Source: Flaccisagitta enflata
Taxonomy: Eukaryota
Length of the DNA stretch: 64,000 nucleotides
Assembly: GCA_965153355.1 (NCBI GenBank)
Contig: OZ231126.1
Location: forward strand, 32,674,001 to 32,738,000
Reading direction: 5' to 3'
Shown here: positions 27,836 to 41,082 of the stretch, piece by piece
Position numbering within the stretch: position 1 is the first letter of the stretch
How the letters are laid out: every line of letters begins with the position of its first letter
Translations under genes and position numbers: made by a program
The notes under the pieces: model-generated
The model's input: only the letters and a program-made list of their open reading frames with translations
Told to the model about the DNA's origin: nothing
Databases searched by the model: none

Positions 27836-30340
27836 GCTGAAGACAACAGAAATTTAGCCTTATGTCTCGATATGGTCAACCGCGGCAACTTTTAGAGCGC
27901 CTCGCCGTAATATTGCGGGACTATTAGCCAACTCAGCTCATCATTTGGTTTCTCAAGAACCAAAAGAGCAATTTCAGCCCAAAATTTGAGTGGTTGGAGC
28001 AAGTGGAAGAGGGGAACCAGGGGTAAATGTAACTATTAGGAGTATCTCAGAAATGTATGGATAAAGTGGCCAAAGGTCGATTAAGGCAAAATTGCAGACT
28101 TTTGGCTAGTGAGAACTGCTTGATTGCTTGTGATATGGTTACTAGTATCTAATTGGTCAAAACTAGAATGATGGGAGTAATTAGTTTTGCCTCATTTGTA
28201 GGATAGCCCTATGTTGCTGTATGGGGGTAGTGGTCCAAATTTACATCAAAATCGCGTATATAGTCTCTTTTTCAGTATTTTTTTTGCATTTTGGGGATAT
28301 TCATCAGTCAATTGAATATGTTTTATCACTCATCAACCCTTTAGCTTGCATGAGACAAAAAATCAAGCCAAAATTCCAATTGAGCTAGATTTTATAGACT
28401 GTCAAAGTATGGCTGAGTTTTGCTTATTGTTCATTTTGTCGACTATTGAGTGCACCCTTATAAGGAACCTGCCAAGTATTAGGATATAAAAAAATGAATT
28501 TATGCTAGATTTTTTGGTTCAAAAGTGTAGAATCATGAATTTTTAGATGGTTTTAGACATTTTCGAGACTTTTTAGTAAGCTGTTTGTCCCTAAATAGCT
28601 TTTAAAGTGGAAAGGATTTTTTGGATTTGGGGGGATTTTTGTCTCCTAAACAAGGCTAAAAATCGGGTTTTATTCGACTGTTACATAGTGAAAATGGTTA
28701 AATCGACCCAAATTTTTTGGCATTTTACCTTAAATCATCCATTTGACCTTTCTAGAACTCATATTTTGATTGATTTCTAGTTTTTATATTTTATTTGTCC
28801 TCTAATAAAGCTGAAGACAACAGAAATTTAGCCTTATGTCTCGATATAGTCAACCGCGGCAACTTTTAGAGCGCCTCGCCGCAATATTGCGGGACTATTA
28901 GCCAACTCAGCTCATCATTTGGTTTCTCAAGAACCAAAAGAGCAATTTCAGCCCAAAATTTGAGTGGTTGGAGCAAGTGGAAGAGGGGAACCAGGGGTAA
29001 ATGTAACTATTAGGAGTATCTCAGAAATGTATGGATAAAGTGGCCAAAGGTGGATTAAGGCAAAATTGCAGACTTTTGGCTAGTGAGAACTGCTTGATTG
29101 CTTGTGATATGGTTACTAGTATCTAATTGGTCAAAACTAGAATGATGGGAGCAATTAGTTTTGCCTCATTTGTAGGATAGCCCTATGTTGCTGTATGGGG
29201 GTAGTGGTCCAAATTTACATCAAAATCGCGTATATAGTCTCTTTTTCAGTATTTTTTTTGCATTTTGGGGATATTCATCAGTCAATTGAATATGTTTTAT
29301 CACTCATCAACCCTTTAGCTTGCATGAGACAAAAAATCAAGCCAAAATTCCAATTGAGCTAGATTTTATAGACTGTCAAAGTATGGCTGAGTTTTGCTTA
29401 TTGTTCATTTTGTCGACTATTGAGTGCACCCTTATAAGGAACCTGCCAAGTATTAGGATATAAAAAAATGAATTTATGCTAGATTTTTTGGTTCAAAAGT
29501 GTAGAATCATGAATTTTTAGATGGTTTTAGACATTTTCGAGACTTTTTAGTAAGCTGTTTGTCCCTAAATAGCTTTTAAAGTGGAAAGGATTTTTTGGAT
29601 TTTGGGGGATTTTTGTCTCCTAAATAAGGCTAAAAATCGGGTTTTATTCGACTGTTACATAGTGAAAATGGTTAAATCAACCCTAATTTTTTGGCATTTT
29701 ACCTTAAATCATCCATTTGACCTTTCTAGAACTCATATTTTGATTGATTTCAAGTTTTTATATTTTATTTGTCCTCTAATAAAGCTGAAGACAACAGAAA
29801 TTTAGCCTTATGTCTCGATATGGTCAACTGCGGCAACTTTTAGAGCGCCTCGCCGCAATATTGCGGGACTATTAGCCAACTCAGCTCATCATTTGGTTTC
29901 TCAAGAACCAAAACAGCAATTTCAGCCCGAAATTTGAGTGGTTGGAGCAAGTGGAAGAGGGGAACCAGGGGTAAATGTAACTATTAGGAGTATCTCAGAA
30001 ATGTATGGATAAAGTGGCCAAAGGTGGATTAAGGCAAAATTGCAGACTTTTGGCTTGTGAGAACTGCTTGATTGCTTGTGATATGGTTACTAGTATCTAA
30101 TTGGTCAAAACTAGAATGATGGGAGCAATTAGTTTTGCCTCATTTGTAGGATAGCCCTATGTTGCTGTATGGGGGTAGTGGTCCAAATTTACAATTGAAT
30201 ATGTTTTATCACTCATCAACCCTTTAGCTTGCATGAGACAAAAAATCAAGCCAAAATTCCAATTGAGCTAGATTTTATAGACTGTCAAAGTATGGCTGAG
30301 TTTTGCTTATTGTTCATTTTGTCGACTATTGAGTGCACCC
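27836..30340. repeat. 974-bp tandem array (~2.6 units)
   Basis: AGCTGAAGACAACAGAAATTTAGCC at 27835, 28809 and 29783. Third unit has a ~70-bp deletion and ends at GAGTGCACCC. Flanked by TATTA on both sides. Confidence 0.92.
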
Positions 30341-30753
30341 TATTACTAAGTAGCTTGTTGATTGTTTGTTTTGAAACATGAAAGTTCCACGTTGCACATT
30401 CGGTACTACGTCATTGGTGTTGAGATTGAATTAGACGAGGGAAGAAGATTTCATTCTTTTTCTATACGACCAGGACCAAGTCAGAAGAAAGTGAAGTGAA
30501 AATCTGACCTTTGTCCCGTTGAAGAAAAAACAATAAATCAGTCTTATCCCTTTTAGGGATGGAAAAAGGGGATTTGTGTCCAGTTCCGTAATGATGAAGG
30601 AAGATGAAAGTTACATTCGTATTTGTTGTTCAATTTCACATTTTTTGGTACTATTTTTTTATTGGTTTTGATTGATTTTGATTAGTTTTTGATTGGTTTT
30701 TCATCATGAGATCAGGAGGTAAAATGCTCTACGTCATGATTCGATTTGAGGAG

Positions 30754-30955
<202 letters not shown>

Positions 30956-30978
30956 AGCACGCTCAAGCACACGGACAC

Positions 30979-31591
30979 TACGCTGAGGAGAATACACTTT
31001 TTTTCATGCAGGGACTTAGAGGAGGGCCCAGATTTTTTCATTTTGATGTAACTAATGTATTTTGAAAATTTCAGGACCATAGACATTCTCAACCATTCAT
31101 CATATTGCACCTGAAAAATTGCTCATCCTTAAGAGGGCCAAAATTTCAAAATCATTTTTCCTCAAATCTGATGCCAAATTCAGATTCCTTGTAAAAAATT
31201 ATGTTAGATACTATGTTTTCTTTTTTTTAAATTTTGTTTTTAAGCTAAGAAAATGCAAAAAACCTTTAAAAACAAGGGTCTTTTGAAAAACAAGGTCTTT
31301 TTAGAGGTTTTTTGTATTTTTTCAGCTTAAAATTAAAATTTTGAAAAAAGAAAATGTAGTATCTATCATAATTTTTTACAAGGAATCTGAATCTGGCATC
31401 AGATTTGAGGAAAAATGATTTTGAAATTTTGGCCCCCTTAAGGATGAGCCATTTTTCAGGTGCAAGATGATGAATGGTTGAGAATGTCTATGGTCCTGAA
31501 ATTGTCAAAATACTTTAGTTACATCAAAATAAAAAAATCTGGGCCCTCCCCTAGGTCCCTGCATGAAAAAAAGTGTATTCTCCTCAGCGTA
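30979..31591. mobile_element. Fully palindromic MITE (~300-bp arms), 8-bp TSD
   Basis: TACGCTGAGGAGAATACACTTTTTTTCATGCAGGGAC ... GTCCCTGCATGAAAAAAAGTGTATTCTCCTCAGCGTA; TSD ACGGACAC on both sides. Confidence 0.92.
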
Positions 31592-31920
31592 ACGGACACA
31601 CAAGCACGCTCACGCACAGTCGCACACGGACATACACACGCACTACCGGTACCGGACGGACAGGCCGAGAAAAAACGCGATATTGAGATAGAAAAGGATT
31701 GAAAGAATGGCGAAGACATGTACGCACGGAGTTGCAGAGGGTATATATTTGTTGTCTTATTCCCCATTTTTTCCGTTTGCCTTGATCGTTTGTTGGATTT
31801 GTCGATTGTTTCTTTGTTTTCTCTCCGCATTTATGTACACATCGCCTTTTCCCCTCTTTCACCTTTCTGCATATATAGGAATATACTTAGATTTTTCCAC
31901 CGTCATCATTTTTTGATGTA

Positions 31921-32109
31921 TAGTTGCACCTCGCTGTGATGGATGCAAGAATGATAGTAATCCATCTATAACAGATATGACTTTTTAGTTCCCCCAAATC
32001 AATTTCTATTAACTGATTTATTGACAATAATTGAAATTCACCAACAAGCCGTGATAACTTTAATGGATGAAATTGGTCCCTTGAAATCCGTTATTGCGGA
32101 GTCCAACTG
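31921..32109. mobile_element. Degenerate copy of the 34-210 Tigger-like MITE
   Basis: Shares CTATAACAGATA and TGGTCCC(T/C)TGAAATCCGTTA, and ends CAACTG|TA. Confidence 0.6.
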
Positions 32110-32199
32110 TACTACACTAAATGTAAATGGATGTTTCAAAATTGAAACATGAATTATGATTTGTTGGTAATATAATTCATTTCCTTTGTTTGTTTCTAG

Positions 32200-32309
32200 T
32201 GTCCCTCTTGTGAAGTCGCTCCCTGCATCCAACGCTTTTAGTTCATCTCTTCATCCCTCGCCAAAGCTTACCTATTCGTTCTGCCACCAACAGTTGGATC
32301 ATAGTTCTG
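32200..32309 (+). CDS. CadN: CadN-like cadherin exon 5 (not in the ORF track)
   Basis: Acceptor ttcctttgtttgtttctag|, donor G|GTAAGT. Phase 2 in and phase 1 out fit both neighbours. Encodes SVPLVKSLPASNAFSSSLHPSPKLTYSFCHQQLDHSS, with the cadherin [IL]xY[ST] strand. Confidence 0.75.
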
Positions 32310-32334
32310 GTAAGTCATAGATGCGAGAAAGTGG

Positions 32335-32616
32335 TTTTTGTTTTTGTTTTTGTTTTTGTTTTTGTTTTTGTTTTTGTTTTTGTTTTTGTTTTTGTTGTTC
32401 TTTTTTTCCTTCTTCTTCTTCTTTTTTTTCTTCTTCTTCTTCTTCTTCTTCTTCTTCTTCTTCTTCTTCTTCTTCTTCTTCTTCTTCTTCTTCTTCTTCT
32501 TCTTCTTCTTCTTCTTCTTCTTCTTCTTCTTCTTCTTCTTCTTCTTCTTCTTCTTCTTCTTCTTCTTCTTCTTCTTCTTCTTCTTCTTCTTCTTCTTCTT
32601 CTTCTTCTTCTTCTTC
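32335..32616. repeat. (TTTTTG)n and (TTC)n microsatellites
   Basis: Direct reading. Confidence 0.95.
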
Positions 32617-32740
32617 TCTGTCTTCTTCTTTTCATTCTTTCTTTTCTTTCTGTTCTACTTTTCATTCTTCCTCTTCTGCTTCTTCCTCGTTTTCTTTTCA
32701 TTCCTCTTCTCCTTCTAGCTCCTTTCTCTTTTTCTTTTTC

Positions 32741-32948
32741 TTTTTAGTCGCGTGCTACGCGACTCTACACCCTGCTATGTCGGTCCGTCGGTCGGTTGGT
32801 TGGTTGGTCGGTTGGTCCCCTTGTTACTTTTTCGGCGTTTTTGAGCTTTTTGAGCCTACCGCTCCTGCCCAAGTGCTCTAGTGACCTTCTTCCGCACTGC
32901 TTCTGCCCATGCGCGCGCGACCCGGGTAGCCGTGTATCCGGCCTTGTT
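32741..32948 (+). mobile_element. HINE (AGTCGCGTG family)
   Basis: TTTTTAGTCGCGTGCTACGCGACTCTACAC + (GTCG/GTTG)n ... CGCGAC + GCCGTGTATCCGGC hairpin + CTTGTT. Confidence 0.85.
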
Positions 32949-33218
32949 CTTTTGGTTTTTTTTCTTCTTCTTCTTCTTCTCCTTCTTCTTCTTCTTCTTC
33001 TTCTTCTTCTTCTTCTTCTTCTTCATCTTCATCTTCATCTTCTTCTTCTTCTTCTTCTTCTTTCTTCTTCTTCTTCTTCTTCTTCTACTTCTTCTTCTCT
33101 TTCTTCAGTCACCATTTCTCCCTCGCTTGTCGTCCTTGTCAATTGCGTCGTTATTGCTAATCTTGATTTTGTCACAAAAGTTGATCGATTGCAATATCAT
33201 CGATTTTTCCACCTTCAG

Positions 33219-33311
33219 GCAAAACGGAAGCGTCAGCTGCTCGTCATAACTCCTTTAGCGCCTCCTCTTACTCTCCTGTGTCCAGTAGAAACATCTTATC
33301 CTCCTCCTCCG

Positions 33312-33410
<99 letters not shown>

Positions 33411-33526
33411 TTAACAACAACATCGACGCACTTCGCGTGTCTAACTACTCACGACAACAACTACCTTCATTCGTAGATGACCTCTCTTCCTTTCCCTCGA
33501 GTGGTGTTATAGATACCCTCTTTAAG
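33219..33526 (+). CDS. CadN: CadN-like cadherin exon 6 (Ser-rich/poly-Asn insertion)
   Basis: Acceptor ttttccaccttcag|, donor AAG|GTGAGG. Open frame ends ...VIDTLFK, which joins MDSETGQV to give the FxIDxxTGxI-type motif. Confidence 0.8.
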
Positions 33527-33544
33527 GTGAGGAATCGCAATATA

Positions 33545-33604
<60 letters not shown>

Positions 33605-33709
33605 AAGACAAAGAGAAAGGGAAAAAAAGACAGTCCAAATTCGATTTGCATATGACACGCTTCTTTTGAGCACGCGATTTTCGTGCCAGTTTAGTTAACA
33701 TACTATATG

Positions 33710-34416
33710 CTGAGGCGGATCACCCAATAGGCTTAATAGGCTTAAGCCTAGGGACCCGCGCATCAGGGGGGCCCCGCGCCTGCCAAAAAAGAATGAAAAA
33801 AAGAAACGAAAAAAGAGAAAAAAAGACAAGACAGCAACTAAAGAAAAGAATAAAGAAAAAGAAGAAAGCAAGAGTAGAAGAAAAAAAAAGAAAAAAAAAG
33901 AATAAAAGAACAAAAAAAAGATCATTAAGAATTGTAATCTGCATGAGATGGTAAACAATTGCGGAGGTATTATTCAAAACAGAAATATATAAAAGATCAT
34001 TAAAAAATATCTTGTACTTTTAAAAGAAAAAAATGGCATAAATGGCATTATTTGCTTTGAAAACAATTTTTAGATTTTTAAAGCTAGAAAATTTCTTTTT
34101 TTAACTTTTTTTTCAGTTTAATTAAAAGTAAATGTTGTAGTTTGTTTTATGCTTTATAATTAATCAGTGAAAGAATAATTAAATATTTCAAATCAACAAA
34201 CAAAAACATTGAATGATGTATGACAAATCTAACTGTAAAAAAAGTAAAATGATATATAAGACGCCAGGGGATCTAAAAAAGAGATGGAAGGTCCACCTTT
34301 CAGTCAAGTCATAAGCCTTGCACTTTGTTGATCTGCCTCAGGCTGATAGGGGAAGGGGAAGGGGGGCCCGCGCCCTAGCCAAGCCTAGGGCCCCGCGCAT
34401 TGTTGATCCGCCTCAG
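33710..34416. mobile_element. hAT-type MITE
   Basis: TIR CTGAGGCGGATCA / TGATCCGCCTCAG; 8-bp TSD ACTATATG / ACTACATG (one mismatch); GGG(A/C)CCCGCG subterminal motifs. Confidence 0.85.
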
Positions 34417-35378
34417 ACTACATGTTAAGTTTATATTTACAAAATTGTTTCCTTGGGCTGACTCGGAATATCAACTACATCATTACGCTATTTCAACACA
34501 CATTAGCGAGAAAAATATCTTTAATCAACAATGCACGTAGAGAAAAGGGATGGATTAGGAAATCGTTTTACTGAAAATTAAGTGATAAAATTCTTAAGAG
34601 GGTCCCACGGAAAATTCTTAATCTGTTTCCAGGCGAACTTTTTTGCATTTCCAAGAATATGGGTTCTTTCCTACGTGTCTTTGGATGAGGGCCATGTTTT
34701 TAGTTTTTTGAATTTGTCATTTTCTATGCAAATTAAGAGTTTTCCGTGGGGCTTTATCTAGTGACAAAAGTAATTTTTCTCCTCAAAATGCCTGATTTTT
34801 CTTAGCATATTGATGCTTTTCTTACTGTTTCAGTCATCCCAACAAGACTTCCATGCAAATTCTCAGTGAGTATACACTTCCACATATTCTGGACACTTCA
34901 ATGGAAGTGTTTGATCGATTTTTCTATTGAGTTGCGGCAGTGAAAATCGCGAATTTCTGAAGACCATGTCATATTTGCATATCGCGGAAAAATACCAAAA
35001 AGCATTATCTGAACTGTTATCGATAGAAACTCTATTGTCTTGCTAACAATATTGTCTTGGTAAAAGTATTGCCCAGGGTAACATAAGAATTATTCTAAAA
35101 ATGATGAACTTCAAACACACACCTCATCTCACGCATGAAGCTATGATCACACTTCTTCTTTACGATAGTGGCATAAAGTTTGGAAGATACATATTCAGTG
35201 AAAATCCCCACAAGTTCGCCATCTTGTATTCTTTGGTATCAATGTTACCACTGTCCCAAAATATAGCGGGGCTATTCTAGCTTTAAGAGATGCCGCTTAC
35301 AGATTGCCCTGAAGAGCTAGTTAGACTCCGGCGGCTTATCCAGCGTATGGTAATCAGCCTCTCATTTCCCCTCCCCAG

Positions 35379-36434
35379 ATGGATTCTGAAACCGGCCAAG
35401 TTTCGATTACGGAAACTGTAAATTTGCGCTCCAAATCGTACAAGATCGCCCTGTGTGCCTCCGACGAAGGCGGCAAATTAGGGCGATCCATCTTGCGTGT
35501 GGATGTCAAAACAAGATCCGTCAAAAATGACGAAGTAGATGAAGAACGACTAAATCAACATGATCATGATAACGAACTCTTAAAAGACTTTGACGTCGGC
35601 AGCGGCCGTCCTCGAACGCGGCAGCAGAAGCAGCGGCAGCGGCATCGGCAACATCAGATCGAGCCGCGGCGGCAGCGGCAGCAGCTGCGAAAATCCGACG
35701 ACGACGACGATGATGGCAACGCCGCCAACGAACCAAAGACTGATGAGAAACGAAACAAAAAAATGAAAAAGAACAAAAAGAAAAAGAACAAAAAGAAAAA
35801 CTCATCCTGTTCTTTGCCAGCGACGAAAGAACAAGGTGATGAGAACAATGACGTGCTTACTGAAGACGCCACTGCCTATCAACAACAACAACAAAACGTC
35901 GTCGACGAGGCTGACGTAAACAACATCAATGACGATGATTACAACAACAATGTCATCGACAACAACGTCATCAACAACGTCGACGAAAATGCTGACGAAG
36001 CTACTGGATCTTCTTCTGCGTCCGAAGGTCTCGTCGACGATAATGACAACGATCTCGACGCGATCACGGGCCAGAGTAATCTCAACAACGATAACGACAA
36101 CAACGTAAACGACGCCGCGAGTACGACGTGCGCCGATAATATGGATGAAGGTGATAACGGCGATGATGATGATGATGATGATGACGACGATGACGCCAAC
36201 GACGTCGAAGACGATGACGATAACGACGAAGGCGACGACGACGATCGCCCTCGTTCTCAGTCCGTCGACGACGACGACGCTGCGACATCCTCCAACGACG
36301 TCCAATCCTCCGCCGATGAAGCTCCAACGTCTCGTCAACGCAAACACCGCAGTCGTCGCTCAGTGCGTCCCAGCATCCGCAAGCAAATCAGGGAAGACCA
36401 TCGGGGAGTCATCGGAGTGAACATCGCTTCACAG
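35379..36434 (+). CDS. CadN: CadN-like cadherin exon 7 (end of a cadherin repeat, long acidic linker, furin-like site)
   Basis: Acceptor tttcccctccccag|. MDSETGQVSI..YKIALCASDEGG..ILRVDV. RKHRSRR|SVRPS with RSRR at 36348-36359. Donor CAG|GTGCAG, phase 0. Confidence 0.85.
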
Positions 36435-36439
36435 GTGCA

Positions 36440-36798
<359 letters not shown>

Positions 36799-37145
36799 AT
36801 ATACATTTCTCCATTCTGTGATACACAGATGCAGATCATGTATTCTGCCTCTGCCAATCGATGAATGGCCGGAATAAATTCGGTGAGCAGATGATATTCT
36901 TCCGATGGTTCCCTTTTAAAAAGGTTACTAGGGGCCTACAGAAGCGGAGGGGGCTTAAAAGGAAGGGATTGGGAGTTGAAGAAGGAGAAGGAGGAGGAGA
37001 TGACGGAAATGTGCCCTAAATTTGGTGGCAACCAGATACTGTCTAATCATCAATCAGTGTAGAAAAGAGGAATCGAAGGAAAAGGAGGTTTAACAAATGG
37101 CAAAAATCCAAAGCGCTGCTTAAACAGATAACCCTAGTTTCTACA

Positions 37146-37237
<92 letters not shown>

Positions 37238-38063
37238 TGGCTGTTAGTTTGCATCTCACATCGTTTGCTTGACCAAGAACAGCGACGCTCACCCATCAAA
37301 CTACAATCAACTCCAAGAGCCTATGTTGAGGGTATTCACTATTTTCTAAAGCTTCCCAGTTTCTGAAATGATTCACTTTTTTTTATCACCACAGTGGAGT
37401 AGGCCAACATAAAATGATTCTAATGGCTGTCCTTGAAAACCAATAAAGACTTCCTCTTCAACAATTGACTTTGATTGTGGAAAGAACCATTTGCATGTCG
37501 TTCGTTGATCAATGTTTATTTTGGTGAGTAAAATCAGACGAAATACAAAACGGAAGAAGAAATTTGCTATGGCACTAGCAGACCGCAATTCTATCAAACT
37601 GCTTTCACCTTTCTGGCGTCGCTTTTGGCTCATAGTGGAACGATGAGATGAGAAGAATATTAAAGGAGGATGATGAGGAGAATGAAAGACGAGGAGGCGG
37701 AGGAGGAGGGCCAGGCGTGGGGAGGAACAGACATTGAAAACGCGGCCTCTTTCCTTCCTCTCTTTTGTGTGCGAAATGATTTACGTTGAAGCATCGAGCA
37801 GCTTTTGTTTATGGCGACTTTCTCTCTTTTCATCTTTTTTTTGGAAAGGATTCCATTTGTATGTGTCTATGTGACTTTGTTGGTGCGATGGTCTGTTTGG
37901 GTTTATTGGTTTTTTGCTCTCCTTTTCTCTGCCTTTCTTTTTCTGTTTATCTGTACGTCTGTTTGTCTTACTATTACAGCCTGAGTCTATCTATTTTCCT
38001 GTCGGTTTGACTGTTTTTCCATCAATGTCTCTCTAGTCCCTTTCAATTTCAATGCTTGTCTGG

Positions 38064-38190
<127 letters not shown>

Positions 38191-38344
38191 TCTTTGCATA
38201 TTATGCATTGTACTGTACATCTAAGGACAATTGATGGCGATAGAGAGTTGGGGATGAATCTGAGATAAAGAAGAAAGTCTGTGTGGTCTCTTCCTGATCC
38301 GAAAACCCACATAAAGCCTGCATGTTCCCATCCTCGCGCCACGG

Positions 38345-38890
38345 TAACACTTCAATTCCTTTCCTCCACCCGTCTCTCCATGTCCCCACATCTGGTAATG
38401 CTTGAATCTCTTTCCTCCATCCATCTCTCCATGTCCCCACATCTGGTAATGCTTGAATCTCTTTCCTCCATCCATCTCTCCATGTCCCCACCTTTGGTAA
38501 TGCCTCAATCTCTCTCCTCCATCCGTCTCTCCATGTCCCCACCTTTAGTAACACTTCAATCCCTTTCCTCCATCCGTCTCTCCATGTCCCTAGCTTCAGT
38601 AACACCTAAATCCCCTTTCTCCCTTTGTCTCAACAAGTCCCCACCTTCGGTTACACTTCAATCCATTCTTCCATCTATCTCTCCATGTCCCCATCTCCGG
38701 AAACACTTCAGTCCCTTTCTTCCATCCGTCTTTCCATGTCCCCACCTTTGGTAACGCCTCAATCTCTCTCCTTCGTCCGTCTCTCCATGTCCCCACATCC
38801 GGTAATGCTTGAATCTTTTTCCTCCATCCATCTCTCCATGTCCCTACCTTTGGTAACACCTCGATCTCTCTCCTCCATCCGTCTTTCCCT
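38345..38890. repeat. 51-bp minisatellite (~10 degenerate copies)
   Basis: Unit approx. TTTCCTCCATCCGTCTCTCCATGTCCCCACATCTGGTAATGCTTGAATCTC. Confidence 0.85.
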
Positions 38891-39371
38891 GGACGAGGAC
38901 CTCGTCAATCTCTTTACCTTTTTTTTCGCGTTTGTTTACGACTTTAATTCGCTTTTTTCGTGCTTACTCTCTTTGTTTCTTGTCTGCCTCCGCCAACCCC
39001 CTCCTTTCTGTCTCTGTCTGTCTGTCTTTCTGTCTATCTGTCTTTGTGTCTGTGTGTCTGTGTGTCTGTATGTGTCTCTCTCTTGTCTCTGAGTTTCCCT
39101 CTCATTTCCATTCTTAACCGACAGGTGTTGACAATTTATGATAGTTTTCTAGAATGAGAGAAAGAGGAAAAGGAGATGAAAAAATGGTGACGACAGCGCA
39201 CAATTTTATGACGGATGATGAGTGTAAAAAAAGAAAGAAAGAAGTTGATGGTTGTTAAAACTCTCCTGCAACATTGTTTTCCGTTTCTTCTTTTTCTTTT
39301 CTTCTTCTTCTTCATTATCTTTTACTTTTGCTATTGCTTATCCTTTTCTTATTCTATATTCCCTTTTGTTT

Positions 39372-39612
39372 TCTTTTTCTTTTTCTTTTTCTTTTTCTTT
39401 TTCCTTCTCTTTTTCTTTTTCTTTTTCTTTTTCTTTTTCTTTTTCTTTTTCTTTTTCTTTTTCTTCTTCTTCTTCTTCTTCTTCTTCTTCTTCTTCTTCT
39501 TTTTCTTTTTCTTTTTCTTCTTCTTCTTCTTCTTCTTCTTCTTCTTCTTCTTCTTCTTCTTCTTCTTCTTCTTCTTCTTTTTCTTCCTCTTCTTCTTCCT
39601 CTTCCTCTTCTT
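39372..39612. repeat. (TTTTTC)n/(TTC)n microsatellite
   Basis: Direct reading. Confidence 0.95.
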
Positions 39613-40127
39613 ATTCTCTCTCCGCTTCTTCTTCTGAAAACCGGATTTGTGTGATGACGTTTTCTGATCTCTTTCATTGTGTGTGTTTTTCAAAGTCAAC
39701 CAATTATTCCTCTCAGTGCAGTTCTATCTTACAGTTTTTACGCTCACGGTGTTAAAGGGTTATGTATGTTTTTCCGTTGGTCCGTTAATTGGCCTGTTGG
39801 CTGGTCCATGTTTAGACTGAATAATGGTTTGAAACTTTGATTTGTTTGTATACGTGTCCGCTTGCCCTGGACGCACAGGTTTCTCCTAGCCTAGGGCACT
39901 TTTCAAACGGCGCCTCTACTCTCTCAGTTGATTGTTCGGTCGGTCACGGTTGTTCGGCTCGGGCGCCTAAATTCTCACCAGGAATACTGTATCTTACTAT
40001 TTTCGAGATGACATGATATGGCTCAAGCAAGTAAACCGAGAGCAGAGTTGTAGGGGGCCAAATTTGCGAACATACGACATCTTTTATGTTTTTTTCACCA
40101 TTTGCTCAGGCACTAGAATTGAGCTTA

Positions 40128-40471
40128 CCGTATTTCCCTTAATTAGCGCCCCTCCTCTAATTAGCGCCCCCCCACTCTTTTGGAAAGATTCTTTATTCAA
40201 CTTTGCTTTTCATTTCATTGAAAATTACAGATACCCATGACAATCATTCAGTTTTTCATCGCATTTTTTATCTTTCTAACTTTATGAATGGGTTTTCTAT
40301 TGAAATCACTGAATTTTATTTTTTCCAACCCTAAATCTTCAGTTTTACTGTATCTTTCAGTATTTTAGTCTTTGTCTGCCATGCTACAGGAGGCGCTTAT
40401 CAAAACGTAAAGAAGGCAACATCATTGTTCAATTTTGTAAGCGCACCGGGCGCTAATTAGAGGAAATGCGG
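40128..40471. mobile_element. Tc1/mariner (pogo/Tc2-like) MITE
   Basis: TA|CCGTATTTCCCTTAATTAGCGCCC ... GGGCGCTAATTAGAGGAAATGCGG|TA. Confidence 0.85.
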
Positions 40472-40922
40472 TAATTATATCTAAATTTTCCCCATTTGTC
40501 CAACGCCCACCCCAGGCCACCACACATTTGATCGAATGTAAACGTATCAGTTTGTTCAGTACATGGATGTAGCCTGCATACCTTAACCCTATATAGCTAT
40601 GGAAAGCAGAGAGCCAATGTAACATAAGAAGACGCGATTGGTAGTTTCTCTGTCTCTCGCACTTACAAGAAATGATCAACCTATTTTGCCACTCCGGTCT
40701 CTTGTGTCCTCCCAATCCCGCTTTTGACCCCCCCTTCCCCATCCTCTGTCTTCCTCTTCCTCATCCACTGTCCTCTTCCCCATCTTCTGTCTGTCTCCTA
40801 CTCAACTTCTATCTTCCTCTCCTGTCTGTCTCTTCCCCATCTGTCTTTTCCCCCATCTTTTGTCACACTCTACCACTTCATCTCCTCCGCCTCTTCCTTT
40901 GAATCCTTTCCTCCCCTTTCAG

Positions 40923-41082
40923 CCCCTGAATATCGACGAGCGGTTCTCCTTCCGAGACAAACCACAAGAGTTCGTGATCAATGAGTACACGGGGGACATT
41001 TCCGTCTACCAGCGCCTTGACTACGAGAAGAAACGAATCATAACTTTCACGGTGGAAATACGAAATCGTAACAAGCCCAACG
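40923..41082 (+). CDS. CadN: CadN-like cadherin exon 8 (first repeat after the furin-like site)
   Basis: Acceptor ctcccctttcag|, donor G|GTAAGT. FVINEYTGDISVYQRLDYEKKRIITFTVEI contains the LDYE cadherin motif. Confidence 0.92.

Noticed and set aside
27835-27860. Hammerhead ribozyme in the 974-bp unit (CTGAAGA...GAAA; also CTGATGA on the - strand near 28301)
   Set aside because: No pairable stem II or stems I/III could be built by eye; a covariance-model search would be needed to exclude it fully.
32315-32881. Poly-R/S/L/F ORFs and similar ER/SL/HT/CV ORFs throughout the window
   Set aside because: Microsatellite translations.
34594-35290. TTAA-flanked Kolobok/Sola3-like element
   Set aside because: Only a short internal IR (CCCACGGAAAA / TTTTCCGTGGG); no matching outer terminus or TSD.
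38201-39092. 17-aa repeat proteins (GTWRDGWRKE...)
   Set aside because: 51-bp minisatellite open on both strands; no splice or domain support.
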